A stretch of 64,000 nt of DNA from Octopus vulgaris (GCA_951406725.2 OX597828.1:72354001-72418000); one strand, 5' to 3'; positions 40,706-54,067 are shown, counted from the first letter of the stretch. Numbers and translations: made by a program. Notes: generated by a model not told the origin, from the letters alone.

Positions 40706-41383
40706 TCATGTAATTATAAATATTTCATTGAACAAATTCGAAGGTCAGTTTATTCATAATTGGGATTAGTATTACATTAATCAAGATTTTGTCTTTTTGA
40801 AGGGCTACAGTAAATTTCAAGTTTCTGTAGTTTTAGATATATTGCTGTGTCATTATAAACTTTAAAAAAAATCTAAGCATTCTAGAAAGTCATATGACCA
40901 TTCCGCACTTTAATTATTGTCCTCGTATTTATTGGTTTGTATTTGTGACATCATGAATGTTTAGAAAATATATTATTCTCCAACTAATCTAAAAATTCTT
41001 TATTAGCAATAAATGTCTTCCTTTATTGCCGTCGATTAGTTGTATTTTCCGCTGGACAAATATGGTGTTTCAGTCAGACATATTTATTGAAATACTGTGT
41101 CTTCAGTTAATCTGTAAACTAGATGGAGTCAATACATCTGCTTCTCATAATTATCTGAAACAAAAGCAGGATATTAATCAGCTAATCCTTATCTAAATAT
41201 CTTGCTTATTCTCTATGGTACACACTAATTATTCGTTTTTCTACGCACTGTAAGAAACGTAGGGCAAAAAAAAAACTGTTACATATTACATAAAATATAG
41301 GATACACTCTAAAATGTTTCACATATACCACAGTTTATATCAATATTACATAGGTATATACATGCATGTATCCATCCATCCAT

Positions 41384-41415
<32 letters not shown>

Positions 41416-41648
41416 TTATCCATCCGTCAGTCCGTCTGTCCATCCACCAATCCATCCATCCACCCATCTGCGTGTCCATCCGTCCATCCATCCATCCATC
41501 CATCCATCCATCCATCCATCCATCCATCCATCCATTCGCCCGTCCGTCCGCCCGTCCGTCCGTCCGTCCGTCCGTCCGTCCGTCCACCCATCCATCCGTC
41601 TATCACTCCCTAAATCCCTCCCTCCCTCCCTCCCTCCATACATACATC

Positions 41649-41675
<27 letters not shown>

Positions 41676-41680
<5 letters not shown>

Positions 41681-42988
41681 ACGGGAAGGTTTACGAAAAT
41701 AAACAAAAGACGAAGGCAGGTGGAGTATAAACAAACAAACGTATTAGTATGGCGCTCAGGAATAGAAATAGTCTTTTACGTTTCGAGCCTACGCTCTTCG
41801 ACAGAAAGATACACAGAAAAGAAACAAGGAGAGAAAAAAATGCGTGTAGGAGCTAATGGTCTATCATGGCGTTCTGATTTCAGGCAGAAGTCAGACGTCA
41901 GAGGTCAGACGTTAGACGCTAGAGGGATAGTATGGGAGATAACAGGGCCAAGTGACTTCCAAAACGAAGGTGGCCCCAACACGAAGGTGCGTGTGTGTAT
42001 AAGAGAGTATGTATGTGCGTGTGAAAGAGGGCTGGTGGTCTGGACGTGTGTATGTATGTGTGGTGTGGAGATATGGGGATGGGTGTGTGGGTGGTATGTT
42101 ATTATATGATATGTGTATGTATGTGTAGGTGTAAAGATGTGGGGATGGGTGTGTGGGCGGTGTGTTGTGGGTGGTGTGTTGTGATGTGATGTGTAATGTC
42201 GTATGGTGTAGTGTAGTGTGGTGTGATGTAGTGGGGAGGTGGGGGGCGAGAATGGGGAAAGCCCATGTAGGGTGTGGGTTCGGCTGGGGGTTGGGATAGA
42301 GTGGGGAGGGGGAGAGGGGGAGAGAAGAGAGATGAGGGGAGGGGGAGGAGGGAGAGGAGAGAGGAGATGAAGGGTGACGGGGAGAAAGGAGGAGGAGGAT
42401 GGAGGGGAGGAGGGGAGGGGGAGAGAAGGGGAGTGAGGGACCAGAGAGAAAGAGAGAAGGGGAAAAGGGAAGAAGAAAGAAGAAAAAAAGAAGAGGGAAT
42501 AAGGGGGAAGGGGGAAAGAAGGGAAGAGGAGGGAAAGAGAGTAGGGGTGAAAAGATGAAGGACTGAAGAGAAGTAGGAGTCGGGGGGGTAGATGAAAAGG
42601 GGGTGAGAGTTGAGCCCAAATGGCGTAAAAGAGCGAAGAGAGAAGATTCATCCCTGTTCACGGCGCAAGCGGGAATCCGGATGGCCTCTGTGCAAGGACA
42701 ATCCGAACACAGACAGGTGTTGCAAGGAGTGGCCGGTGGAGCGGAAATGGCGTGAGACTGGTGTGTCATTGGCGAGGCGGATGTCTCGGAAGTGTTCCGC
42801 GAACCGGTCAGCCAAGCGGCGTCCCGTTTGTCCGATGTACAGGGAATGGCAGAGAGAGCAGGAGATGCAATAGATGATATTCCTGGAGGTGCAGGTGAAG
42901 GAGTCAATGATGCGATAGGGTCGATGATGGGTGCCGGTGAGGAGGGTGCTGTTGGAGAGGTAAGGGCAAGTGCGGCAACACATGGCAT
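41676..42988 (-). mobile_element. 5'-truncated Penelope-like element (GIY-YIG endonuclease, Neptune-like Cys-rich linker)
   Basis: ORF 42648-42983: CRTC...NIIYCISCSLCHSLYIGQTGRRLADRFAEH...HF...RLRREQ, then PFGLN after a stop. Followed by a pyrimidine-rich 3' region, an HHR-bearing terminal repeat and a (TA) end. Confidence 0.92.
41772..41809 (-). ncRNA. Minimal hammerhead (A6U core variant) in the 3' repeat of the Penelope-like element
   Basis: TCTTT-CTGTCGA-A-GAGCgtagGCTC-GAAA-CG-TA-AAAGA. Confidence 0.65.
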
Positions 42989-43179
42989 TTAAGATTTACG
43001 ACAGTTGTTTCGGTAGTATCTCATTAACACGTTCATAGAATATTATGTCATGATTATCTAATACACGATCATCAGATAAGATTTAAATTGGTCAAATTAC
43101 AGAACAAGCGATATTTCCTACATCAACCATTCCGGTGTCCTACGTGTTCATGTGCCTCATTCTAGTGAATCTTTATAAC

Positions 43180-43223
<44 letters not shown>

Positions 43224-43341
43224 TTAAATAATAAGGGTAAAAATTGATATTAATTAGATCAATATAAATTTAAACCAGTGGCCTTGCTCACATACATACA
43301 TATATATATGTATATATATGTATATATATATATATATATAA

Positions 43342-43403
<62 letters not shown>

Positions 43404-44412
43404 GCACATACATATGTGTGTGTGTTTGTCAGCATGTATATGTTAGTGATAACCGCCACCGCTTAAAAACCAGTGTTGGTTGGTCTCCGTTCCCCTAACA
43501 GCGCGGTTTGGCAAAAGAACCGATTGAATAAATAGAATAAGGATCAGATTTAGAATATGTGCTGAATCGATTTGTTCGACTAACCCAGATACGCGGCGCT
43601 CCAGCATGGTCGCAGTCCAGTGACTGAAACAAATATTGCAGTAAAACAATATAAACCATTACGGCAATTACTTTATCCACCCCGACTGTTAAAATGCCAT
43701 TAATACCCCCATTTGTTATCTCAAGTGCACTCGCAACACGGTCTGAAATCCCGTAACCAAATCACGCTAAATCTCTCCAAAGTTAAATCGACCGTTTTAA
43801 AAGCCGTAGCTACTCTGAAATGTATTTGATTATTTGTTAAACGTTATTATTCCCGAATCATTCCAACTGACGGACAGATAGCCACAAGACTGCAACAGAA
43901 TGATCTAGCACCATAGCGTTTGTCTAATAATCGCAGCAGTAGTAACCATTACAAGAAATTCTGCAACAACAGAATTATATATTTACTTTCAGCTTCGTTC
44001 TTTTTCCGGTCTGCTGGTGTCCTGTTTCGATTTCATGATTAATGGCAAGCAATTTGATTTCCGTACTCGTTAATGCAAGTATATCAACAAACGAGGTTTA
44101 GGTTTGGCGATTCGGCAATGCTTTTTAAGTGGGCACTAATTTGTTAGAGTCACAATGGTCAAGGGCATTATATTCCGGTCGACAGTCAACTAATCAATAT
44201 TCGTTTGCAGTTCACATACTGTGTAAAGCGTCGATCAGGATGTAAACTTAAGACTGCACGCTAGGATATCTATCATGGTGGAAAACAATCAGACGTGTCC
44301 GTTAGTTTCTTCTGAACGTTTGTGTATTTTAGCTGAAGCATAGTTAGAAAACCAGCGTCAGTTGAAAACAACGGAGTTGGCGTTTCTAACCGTGGTATCA
44401 GTGTTTAAAGTA

Positions 44413-44586
44413 TTAATCCCAGACCAGGATTAATCCTAGATCTAGGTTAATCCAAGAACTGGATTAATCCTAGTTCTGCTTTAATTTTACATCTTGTGTA
44501 ATCCTAGATCTGGTTTAATCCTAGCTCTGGTTTAATCTTACATCTGGATTAATCCCAGATCTGGATTAATCCTGGATCTGAATTAA
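44413..44586. repeat. Ten 17-bp tandem units, consensus TTAATCCTAGATCTGGA
   Basis: Exact 17-nt periodicity from 44413 to 44582. Confidence 0.9.
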
Positions 44587-44719
44587 AAGTAGGTCAGACG
44601 GATAAAGTAGAACGGTTTATTCTATTTCCTAATACAATAACAGATCTTAACAGGAACACCGTTGTGTATGACATTTATAATGCAAACATTGAAGGGCACC
44701 GGCCGTTATAGTTTGTCTC

Positions 44720-45530
44720 TGAGAAACTTCTCGAAGAGACTCACGTGCTAACGAACTCCGGGTTTCGACCAGAATGTGGAGGATTGTCAGACACACCGTT
44801 TCGACCTGAATTGGTCAACTTAGTGACAAATACCTCAGACATTTTGAGTTGAGCCAGAAGAATGTTTATTCCAAGATAGAAATCGGTTTACTGATTTGTG
44901 AGAAATGTAACCAGGCTAGAATGAAATTAATACACATACTTGAAACAACAGCGTGTATAACATATAATCAATCACGAATACACACACGAAAGGTATGTGT
45001 TTTGCTTGTTCGTGGGTAGGCTGCGCTTATAGTGTAAGAAAGTATATAATTTTCAATGCGTCTGATGTTTCGCTCAGAATGCTGGTGGATCGCCACTGTT
45101 TCGACCTGATTCGGTTGCCTCAGTGACGAATATCTCAGACATTCTGAACGAAGCCAACAAATGCTTTTTTTTTCTAATATGGAAATTGGTAAACAAGTCT
45201 TTTACTGATTTGTGAGAAAGCTAACCAGGCTAGAATTAAGAGAATATACACGCTTGAAACAACGTTAGATAAGAATACCAACCTCTATAACACATATAAT
45301 GTATAAGCAAACATGGAATCACGTGAGCTGTACTTTTTTTTTAATACAGAGAAACTTCTCAAAAACAGTTATGTGATCAAAAACATAGGGCTTCAATCAG
45401 AACGGTGGTGGATCACCACTGTTTCGACCTGATTTGGTCGCCTCAGTGACGAATATCCAAGACATTCTGAGTGAAGCCGACAAATGTTTTTGTTTTCGAC
45501 ATAGAAATTGGTGAACAAAGCATTTACTTA
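44720..45530 (-). repeat. Three diverged ~300-320-bp tandem units, each with a hammerhead-like remnant
   Basis: TCGACCTGA at 44801, 45101 and 45424, with shared flanks. Confidence 0.75.
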
Positions 45531-45959
45531 TCTGTGCGCCACCTGGCCATGCTAGAAGTAAGTCAATCCACGCACTTGAAGTGGCATTACATTATGGGTT
45601 ACATTGATTTCAAATTTTGGCACAAGGCCAGTAATTTCGAGGGAGGGGACAAATCCATTACATCGACCCCAGTGATCGACTGGAATATATTTCATCGATA
45701 CCGAAAGTATGGAAAGCAAAGTCGACCAAGGCAGAATTTGAACTCAGAACCCATAAGACGGACAAAATGCCGCGAAGCATTTTGCTCGGGGTGCAAACGA
45801 TTAAACGATTCTGTCCGCTCCCACTTTAGGCACATTATGCATTATATTAGGAGCTAGAAGTGACTGGAAGTGTCTAGAACTAGTGGACAAATATGGATTA
45901 GGATAAAATGAGATGAAATAATCCAACTTGGATACTAGATTATAAAATATCGTTTCTAA

Positions 45960-46128
45960 GGCGCAAGAGTGGCTGTGTGGTAAGTAGCTTGCTTACCAAC
46001 CACATGGTTCCGGGTTCATTCCCACTGCGTGGCACCTTGGGCAAGAGTCTTCTACTATAGCCTCTGGCCGACCAAAGCCTTGTGAGTGGATTTGGTAGAC
46101 GGAAACTGAAAGAAGCCCGTCGTATATG

Positions 46129-46159
<31 letters not shown>

Positions 46160-46264
46160 GTGTGTGTGTTTGTGTGTGTGTGTATGTTTGTGTGTCTGTC
46201 TTTGTCCCCCAGCATCACTTGACAACCGACGGTGGTGTGTTTACGTCCCCGTAACTTAGCGGTT
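45960..46264 (+). mobile_element. SINE family B, 3'-truncated
   Basis: Matches 5009-5282. Confidence 0.9.
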
Positions 46265-47033
46265 ATATATATGGAAGAAGAAGGTCACAAATGGGATTAA
46301 AACTTACTACAGCTGTTCCAGTGCCTGCAGTCATTTTCAAATAGTTCAGATAACGGGCAAGGGGACACGATAACACCGCCAATAAACCTCTTTTACATTC
46401 TAATCAATCCATACCGATCGAGTTTTTCCCGGGTATGAACTTCTGCTCTCCGCATCTAACTGCCAGACCACACAGCAAACATTCCTATGACTTTCTTCAG
46501 ATCAGAAATAATTACAACCTTTGCCTGTATCAATGGGGGGGGGGGGAATGAAACGCATTTTTACAACGTTTCTAGAAAGTGAACGGAACGACTTCCATAA
46601 AGAAACGGAATCGTGGTACTTCGAGTACAAGAACGCTGCAATCCCCAATATAGATAGGGCATTACGTTCATTCGCTAAAATAATTATAGCCGGATTAAAA
46701 AAAAAAAACCCATATCCCGCTTAGGAACATAAAAAATTACAACCGCAATTACAAACCAGAAATAACCAACCTTATAAATATCAGAGATAACTTCAAACAT
46801 GATGAAATGAAACTTAGCGTAAGTAACAAGAAACATACTAAAATACATTAATAAATATAGAATCCATAAAACCCCCAGAGAACGAACAAAGGTTTTTAGT
46901 TCTCATAAACCGGAAATAGAGCAGTAAATTACTGGAGTGAGTAGCATCATTACCAACAACAATAACAACAAAATCAGCAAGGATCCCGATATATTTCATG
47001 TCACACTATCAATCGCAAACACACACGCACACA

Positions 47034-47076
<43 letters not shown>

Positions 47077-47849
47077 TGCAATATCCAGCAAGCAAACGTC
47101 TTTTGTAGATATTACTCGAAAATCAAAAGAAACTAGGCAGGAACATAACGCAAAGAATGGGGTCAGTCTCCATCTCGAAACACGATTTTGACACATTTTT
47201 TTCTTTGATCTAACACTGTAATCATAAAAAGGGAAACCTAAAATCTCAAAGCCCTTAAAGGCCAAACGAAACCACTGCCCTGATGACGAACACCGAGAAC
47301 CTAAAGAAAACACTATTCTGGTTATCATCTACCACTAACACCATCGATTTCTCTGCATCTGAAAGTTGGCAAAAAGTGTGAGGGTTGTCAGCTCAAGAGA
47401 GCAATCTCATTCAGGTCCGCCATTGTCTTCCTTCACCGTATACACCTTCGAACATTCTAGAAAGATATTCTTTAGCGTCGATCCCCGATACAATCCTTTT
47501 TTTTTCAATTTGAAACACCTCTTTAGATCACCATAGTCAATTAGCACAACACTCACGAGTATACATGATTACACCAATAACAAACAAAACCTACCTCATA
47601 TACTATTTTATTTATCAGGGACACCCACAATGAGTTCAGTACCATTCTCTGCTTACGCACAACACACAACATCGTATTAATAAACAATGCCAGAAGCTGT
47701 CTAGCAAAGTGCCTGTTAGGTCGTCAAGCTTACGTACTCTACATTTCCAGAACTGAGTATTTCTTGAATGGAGAAGTACTTCAGATGTCTTTGTTCTTCC
47801 TTACACATTTAAGCTTATACCTATTCGACCATACTAACCCCAAAATATG

Positions 47850-48002
47850 CAGGCATGGCTCTGTGGAAAGAAGTTCGATTCCTAACCACATGGTTCCAGG
47901 TTCCACTGCATGGTACCTTGGGCAAGTATCTTCTACTATAACCGTGGGCCGACCAAGGCTTTGTGAGTGGACTTGGTTCACAGAAACTGAAAGAAACCTG
48001 CC

Positions 48003-48054
<52 letters not shown>

Positions 48055-48300
48055 GTGTGTGTGTGTATATATATCTGTGTGTGTGAGTTTTTGTGTCATG
48101 TTGGTCTCCCTCTACCGCTTGACAACAGGTGTTGGTGTGTTTATGTCCCTATAACATTAGCGCTTTGGCAAAAGAGATCGACAGAATAAGCACCAGGTTT
48201 GAAATAAAACTACTGGGGTCGATTCATTTGACTAGAAATTCTTGAAGGTTAATGCCCCAGCTTGGCCGTAGTCTAATGACTGAAACAAATAAAAGACAAA
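47850..48300 (+). mobile_element. SINE family B, diverged
   Basis: Head, core, microsatellite and tail are present. Confidence 0.85.
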
Positions 48301-48457
48301 ACGATAAGATACACACACTGCTTCATACATGGAGGATAGAACGCTATCCCCAATGCATGCTGACCTAGTTACCCTGGTCTAGCATCGATCCTTTAGAAAT
48401 CAGACCTAGTTGAATGCATCCAATTTTTACTAGTGATACCACAGAAAAATACATTAC

Positions 48458-48529
48458 AGGCCAGCCTTAGACTCGAACTCACATCCCTGTGATTACGCGT
48501 CAAGTGCTTTACCATTAAGCTAAACTGCC
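48458..48529 (-). pseudogene. tRNA-Thr(CGT)-like pseudogene or SINE head
   Basis: GGCAGTTTAGCTTAATGGTAAAGCACTTGACGCGTAATCACAGGGATGTGAGTTCGAGTCTAAGGCTGGCC: A and B boxes intact, but anticodon and T stems are mispaired. Confidence 0.6.
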
Positions 48530-48779
48530 ACATAACGAATTCTTTTGCAAATTTTGAATTTAACGCTAAGTACCATATTGATAACACTAGTGAAACAACA
48601 TCCATGAGCCTTGCCTCTTAACCACTCCAATTAGGGCCAACTATTAAGTAGTAACAACCTCACAGTGTCTTACATTCCAAGGTACACATATCACAAACAC
48701 CACTCAGAAACATGCTTAATCCATTGATTCTTCTTATCAAATCCACTTCACAGACCAACTAAAACTGAACACATTCTTT

Positions 48780-50000
48780 TGTATCTTCGTTTTACACTGC
48801 AAGGTCAGCAGGAAAGCGCGGTTTTCGCTATAAATGCCGTTCAACAGGTGTCCCATGGTATGTAGATCTGTGCCACACTGACACACTGTGAGGCTGGCGG
48901 TGTTGTATCCGCCAATTGTAGAATGTCACCTTGACTCTGTGAACACCTGTTCTTAATTGATTAAAATGTTTGCACTTTATCCGGCCTAAATCCACACCAG
49001 ACGGTAACTGCTCTCATTTGCTGATACTTCCTTTGTTATCGAGGTTGATAGGCTATTATTTCTGGTTTCTCATTACGTTTGATATTACCTCACTAGTTGA
49101 GGTGTAAATTCCAAGGGTGATGGCACATGCAAGTAAGTTTCCTTCAACCTCAGGTAACCCTGAACAGCCTTTTCTACACTACTGAAAAATCCCTTTCGTG
49201 TGCGGTGACACCCAGGTGGTCAGCATAGACAAAGGCACTTTTGAGTTTGGCCATCCGAGTCTAATTACCACCTCAACGCCACAAAGAACGTTCAGTTTTC
49301 CAGATTACTTTCAATCAACCTTGAAATCCGGATCTCCTTTGTCCAGACCTCATTTGTCCGGCTCCACTTTGTTATTTCATAAATCCTTACTGAGAAGACT
49401 TGTGTGGTTGAATGTGACAGATGCAGCCAAGAGAACGCCAAAGGTTACAATGGCTGCCCTCTACGCTGCAATCATCATCGATGCGTTTCCTGATGTTCAA
49501 TGCTTAGTTTGAGTCTGACTTTTCAGAACGAAATCTTGCTTTCTGTGATGAATCACTCATCGACTGGAATTGCTATTCTGTTGAAGATTAGTCATCCAAA
49601 CTGCTTTTAGGTGCGGCTGAGAAGTGAGATCGACCTGTAAATTTTGGGGGTTGTTGATCTTTATCTAGTGTTAGCTGTGCCAGCAGATAAAGACCTTTTT
49701 CCGAGACCCTTAGGTGTCTACGTGGTTTTAGGCAATGACAGCACAATCGTAATATATTTCGGCTATTTGCATCGGTTCCGAAATACTTGATCCTCTCACT
49801 TGCAGTATCATCCGACCCGATTAAATTTCCTGGTCTAAAGCTTGAAAAGGCCGTATCGGGACCTTCCATGGCGAGTGGTTTCATACAGTCAACGTTTTTG
49901 GTGTATTTGTTGTGGTCTAGTTTGATCTGCTGGCTTTTCCCACTTTTATTATTCAGTAGCAATTGGTGATAACTTGGTTTGCAGTGACTTTTAGTTGATA
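48780..50000 (-). pseudogene. Decayed LINE reverse transcriptase plus C-terminal zinc-knuckle region (I/Jockey-group-like)
   Basis: Frameshifted motifs in order: YRSISLLS, QARFRSEKS, TFNHTSLLSK, FVYADHL, NQLRTGVHR, CQCG...TMGHLL. Confidence 0.7.
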
Positions 50001-50555
50001 AGTGGGAGCTTCAAGGTCGTTCTGAATCATAATTGTGACTGGTAAGCATTCCACTCGTATTAGATATAAAGATGGAAGCAGAAGAAGATGTGTTGAACAT
50101 CACAGAGTTTTCATAAAGTGGAAATGTCTTAACTTCGCATGGATTTGGTCTAACCAAGGATACCAAGTGTAATGTCGAACCCCTTTCTGTAACTAAAGAA
50201 CAACTCAGTCTTTGATTCTTCTGTTGGTTTATCTGTTATTGGATTCTCCTTGTTTGGATATTTTGAGAAATTGCACAAAGAATATGCAAGATTAGGCAAG
50301 ATCCAAGATTTGATAGAGAAACAGGGCGAGTAATTTCGTGGGAGGGGTGTCTAGTTGATCACATCAACCCTAGTATTCAACTAGTACTTATCTTATCGAC
50401 CCCGAAAGGATGCAAAGTAAAGTCGACCTCGTCGGGATTTGAACTCAAAACGTAAAGAGAGACAGAATGCTGCTAAGCATTTTCCCGGCGTGCACACACA
50501 CACACACACGCACACACACACACACGCACGCACGCACGCACACACACACACACAT

Positions 50556-51366
50556 TACAACCAAGCTGCCTTCAATCCGGCAACCAATCAGCGTCGCCGA
50601 CCAATCAGGAGCAGTCAGCGTGTCTGTTGTGACTATATAAAGACTTGGCAAGGTCAGCAAGCTTGGAAAATGGTGTCACATGAATTGACTGAAGCAAACA
50701 AACAATCACGTGTCACTGCATGTGAAAGTCTGCTCTGGCGAAGCCGAAGATTCGATTGGTTGGAGTCAGTAATCGCTATGGATGAAAAGTGGGTACTGTA
50801 CTCCAACGTGAGGCACAGACGATCCTGGTGTTGCAAAGACCAACAGCCAAAACCTTCACCTAAAGGACTGCTTGTGCAAAAGAAGGTTATGATCTCAGTT
50901 TGGTGGGATTGCCGTGGTGTGATTATGTTGGATCTTCTCCCACGCAATACCACCATTGATAAGGATGTCTACTGTGAACAAATCGATCGTCTAAAGATCG
51001 TCCTGGCCGAAAAACGCTCAAATTTGAAGGAGATAATTTACCCCCAAGACAACACGCCCGCACATCGTGCAAAGAACACATCAGAGAAGCTGAAGGAGGT
51101 TGGCTGGGAGATTATGGTGAACCCACCGTATTCTCCTGACCTTGCCCCTTCTGACTACCGCTTATTCTCTGCGTTGCAATGCGCGATTGGCGATACAGAG
51201 TTCGAAAATGAAGATGTGAAATCGTTCCTTTACGACTTTATTGATTCTTTGAATCAATAAAGTCGTAAAGGAACGATGGATGAAAGGATTCAAAACTTTG
51301 CCTAAAAGATGGCAAAAGGCGATCGATAACGAAGATGATTACCTTTTGGAGTGATCGTCTTCTTAA
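50556..51366 (+). mobile_element. mariner DD34D transposase remnant
   Basis: MDEKW, QDNTPAH and PPYSPDLAPSD (34 spacing). N-terminal HTH deleted. Two CCAAT boxes and TATATAA at 50584-50640. Confidence 0.92.
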
Positions 51367-51884
51367 TCTATATATATAAAACTGTAGTTGTGTGAGTGTC
51401 TGTCCCCTTCGATTTAGATTCCTAACTCCTCCCACATTTTGCGGTGCAGTTTAACCAAATTCGGGTATCTTATAGTCGTGATTAATATCGAGCCCGTCTG
51501 GCTATTAGTGCGCGTCTACGATGAGTCTACGATTTTAAAAAATAATTTAACATCATTTTTTATTCCATTTTAATGCATATTTTTTCGTGTGTCGATGGCG
51601 GCGGAGTTGGCGTCCACGCTCAAACACCTGCACCTGTGTTTGCTTCTCCCCCTTCTTCCCTCCCTCGTGAAGCTGTGGGGAAGGGAGTTTAAGGAAATCA
51701 ACGTCGTAATGCGTTGTCAAGGAGACCAGCGTTCTTTTAGAACAACGACTTCATGGCTTGAAGACACCAAAACAGAAATGGCTAAGAAAGCCCGAATTGG
51801 CATCTATAAGGGAAGTAACTCTCTAAAAATGCTTATATAGTTATTTCCCTTACAAACCCGAGCAACGCCGGGCGATACTGCTAG
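51367..51884 (+). mobile_element. Non-autonomous Helitron nested at the mariner 3' end
   Basis: A|TCTATATATATAAA start, subterminal hairpin CCCGagcaacgcCGGG, CTAG|T end, no TSD. Confidence 0.88.
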
Positions 51885-52436
51885 TTGTTAATAAAGTGGT
51901 ATGTTAAAAACACACGACGGACTTCTTTCAGTTTACCGTCTGCCAAATCCACTCACAAAGCTTTGGTTGGCCGTAGACTACAGTAGAAGATACTCGCCCT
52001 GTGTGCCACGCGGTGCAACTGAACCCGGAACCATTGTCTGCGCCTATTTGTTGTGAAATTTGTTTAGTGATTAGTCAGAGGACTGTTATGCATATCTGGA
52101 ATGCGAAGGGTGTTCTATGTTATCACGATGAGTGGTGAACGCGTTGAGTACATGCTACGTGCATTTGGTCATATTATGTAATGTCGGGCGGTGATTGAGT
52201 AGAATTACTTTACCGTCATCTGTAGAATCTTCTATTGAAGACTGTAGAGTAATTTATATTATTAAACCAGAAATCGGACGATCTAGATCTAACCTCAACA
52301 TTTTTCTAAATCTCTTTCATTCATTTGCTAGCTTTCAGTCTTGTCCTAATGGAATATAATTTGAAATGGTTTTTAGAGCCTTTTAACGCCTGTCTCTAGC
52401 GTGTAGGTGTTGTTTCTCAGTACCTTTAATTATACA

Positions 52437-52715
52437 GTTCTATATTTAAGATATGAGGAATTATCTACAATAATTACATTATTTACATTTGACGGATATC
52501 TGTCCTCATCTTGTTTGCTGTTAACACAATGTTTCGGCTGATATACCCTCCAGCCTTCATCAGGTGTCTTGAGGAAATTTCGAACCTGGGTTCTCATTCC
52601 TAAAGTATTTTTCAATATTCTTCTTCTTCTTCTTCTTCTTCTTCTTCTTCTTCTTCTTCTTCTTCTTCTTCTTCTTCTTCTTCTTCTTCTTCTTCTTCTT
52701 CTTCTTCTTCTTCTT

Positions 52716-52746
<31 letters not shown>

Positions 52747-52832
52747 TTATTATTATTATTATTATTATTCAGATCACTGCCTGTAATCGAACTCGGACCT
52801 CGGGGGCTTGCAGCCCGCGCTCTTAACCACTA
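52437..52832 (-). mobile_element. Second tRNA-headed, hammerhead-carrying element
   Basis: Same order as 37971-38347; the internal microsatellite is (AAT)n(AAG)n. Confidence 0.8.
52523..52568 (-). ncRNA. Minimal type I hammerhead in the second tRNA-headed element
   Basis: GACAC-CTGATGA-A-GGCTGgagggtatatCAGCC-GAAA-CA-TT-GTGTT; canonical core and perfect 5-bp stem II. Confidence 0.78.
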
Positions 52833-53792
52833 TCTTGTGATCAACTAGCACCCCTCCACCTCTAATTCTGCTTTCTTTGTGTCAAAATTTGGAGCAATTA
52901 TGATATTAGAAGGTGACTGCATAGAAAATACATTTGTCTGAGTAATGTTAATTTATTTGGTGATGTTGTTTAGATTCAGATCTACCTTTATTGAGGAGAT
53001 CTATGATCAAAAACATTCTCACCATGACCACCCAGAGATTTTACTTGCAAAGTAGGAACCTATGACCTCATTATCCTACGTGTCATTTTGTAAGATGGTG
53101 GAATATCATTTGAAAGAGATCGAACTCCTACGCTTAGACACCTTCGTTGGATTAATGACTGATGACTGTTGTAGTAGGTGTATGTAATGTGTGTGAGGTA
53201 CAGAAAGTTGTACTGTATGAGTACGTGAGATTGTATTGAAATACAATTAATCTACAACACACGAAATTCTCTCTTCTTTAACTTGATAAAGAGCTTCTAG
53301 CTCGAAACATTGCGTCTCTCTTTTTCCTTAGGTTTACTACATTTATTTAAATGACCACCCACTACCTTCTGTTGTATTACCTGCTATTGCACGGTGGTCT
53401 CCCTTAGAAAAAACACTACACTTTAAAATGTATAAATAGCTGGGCACTGAGGAGTTCACAAATTCAATTTTAATAATACAACTGTTCAGTTGTTACTTGT
53501 GGCTTAATGAACACAAAGCTTCTCCTTCGCGGTAAATCGAGAATAAAGTTAATCAACAACCAACAGAGATCCTCCCAAGGAAAGACTCATCACACAAAAC
53601 TGACACCGGAAATCTTGTTCGTTTTAATAAAGAGCGCTCTGGAGTTGGAGGTGTGGTGTGAGACCTTGGGCAAATATTTCAACAATGTGCATAGCTGAAC
53701 CTTTGTAATTTAACCATGTGAACTTTAATAGCAACAATAATAATACCAATATGATAATGATGATGATGATAACAACAACAACAACAACAATA

Positions 53793-53823
<31 letters not shown>

Positions 53824-54067
53824 CTTCAAATTTTAGCACAAGGTCAGCAAGTTCGTGGGGAGGGGTTAAGTCGATTGCATTGAACCCCAGTGTTTCACTG
53901 GTACTTAGTTTTGTCGACCCCGAAAGGATGAAAAGCAAAGTCGACCTCGGCGGAATTTGAACTTAGAAGGTAGCGACGGGCGAAATACCGCTAAGCATTT
54001 TGTCCAGCGATCCGGCTCGTCCCTTAATAGTAGTAGTAGTAGTAGTAGTAGTAGTAATAATAATAAT

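Noticed and set aside
41912-42988. 358-aa Pro/Ser-rich ORF, the longest in the track
   Set aside because: Alternative frame of the GIY-YIG segment plus low-complexity 3' sequence.
44413-44586. CRISPR-like array
   Set aside because: Contiguous 17-bp units with no spacers, no cas genes, and a eukaryotic context.
53283-53315. TTGATAA-A-GAGC/GCTC-GAAA hammerhead with U3-A8 (also weak motifs at 43026-43080, 46300-46345 and 47280)
   Set aside because: Stem I or the GAAA segment is missing; too decayed to support.
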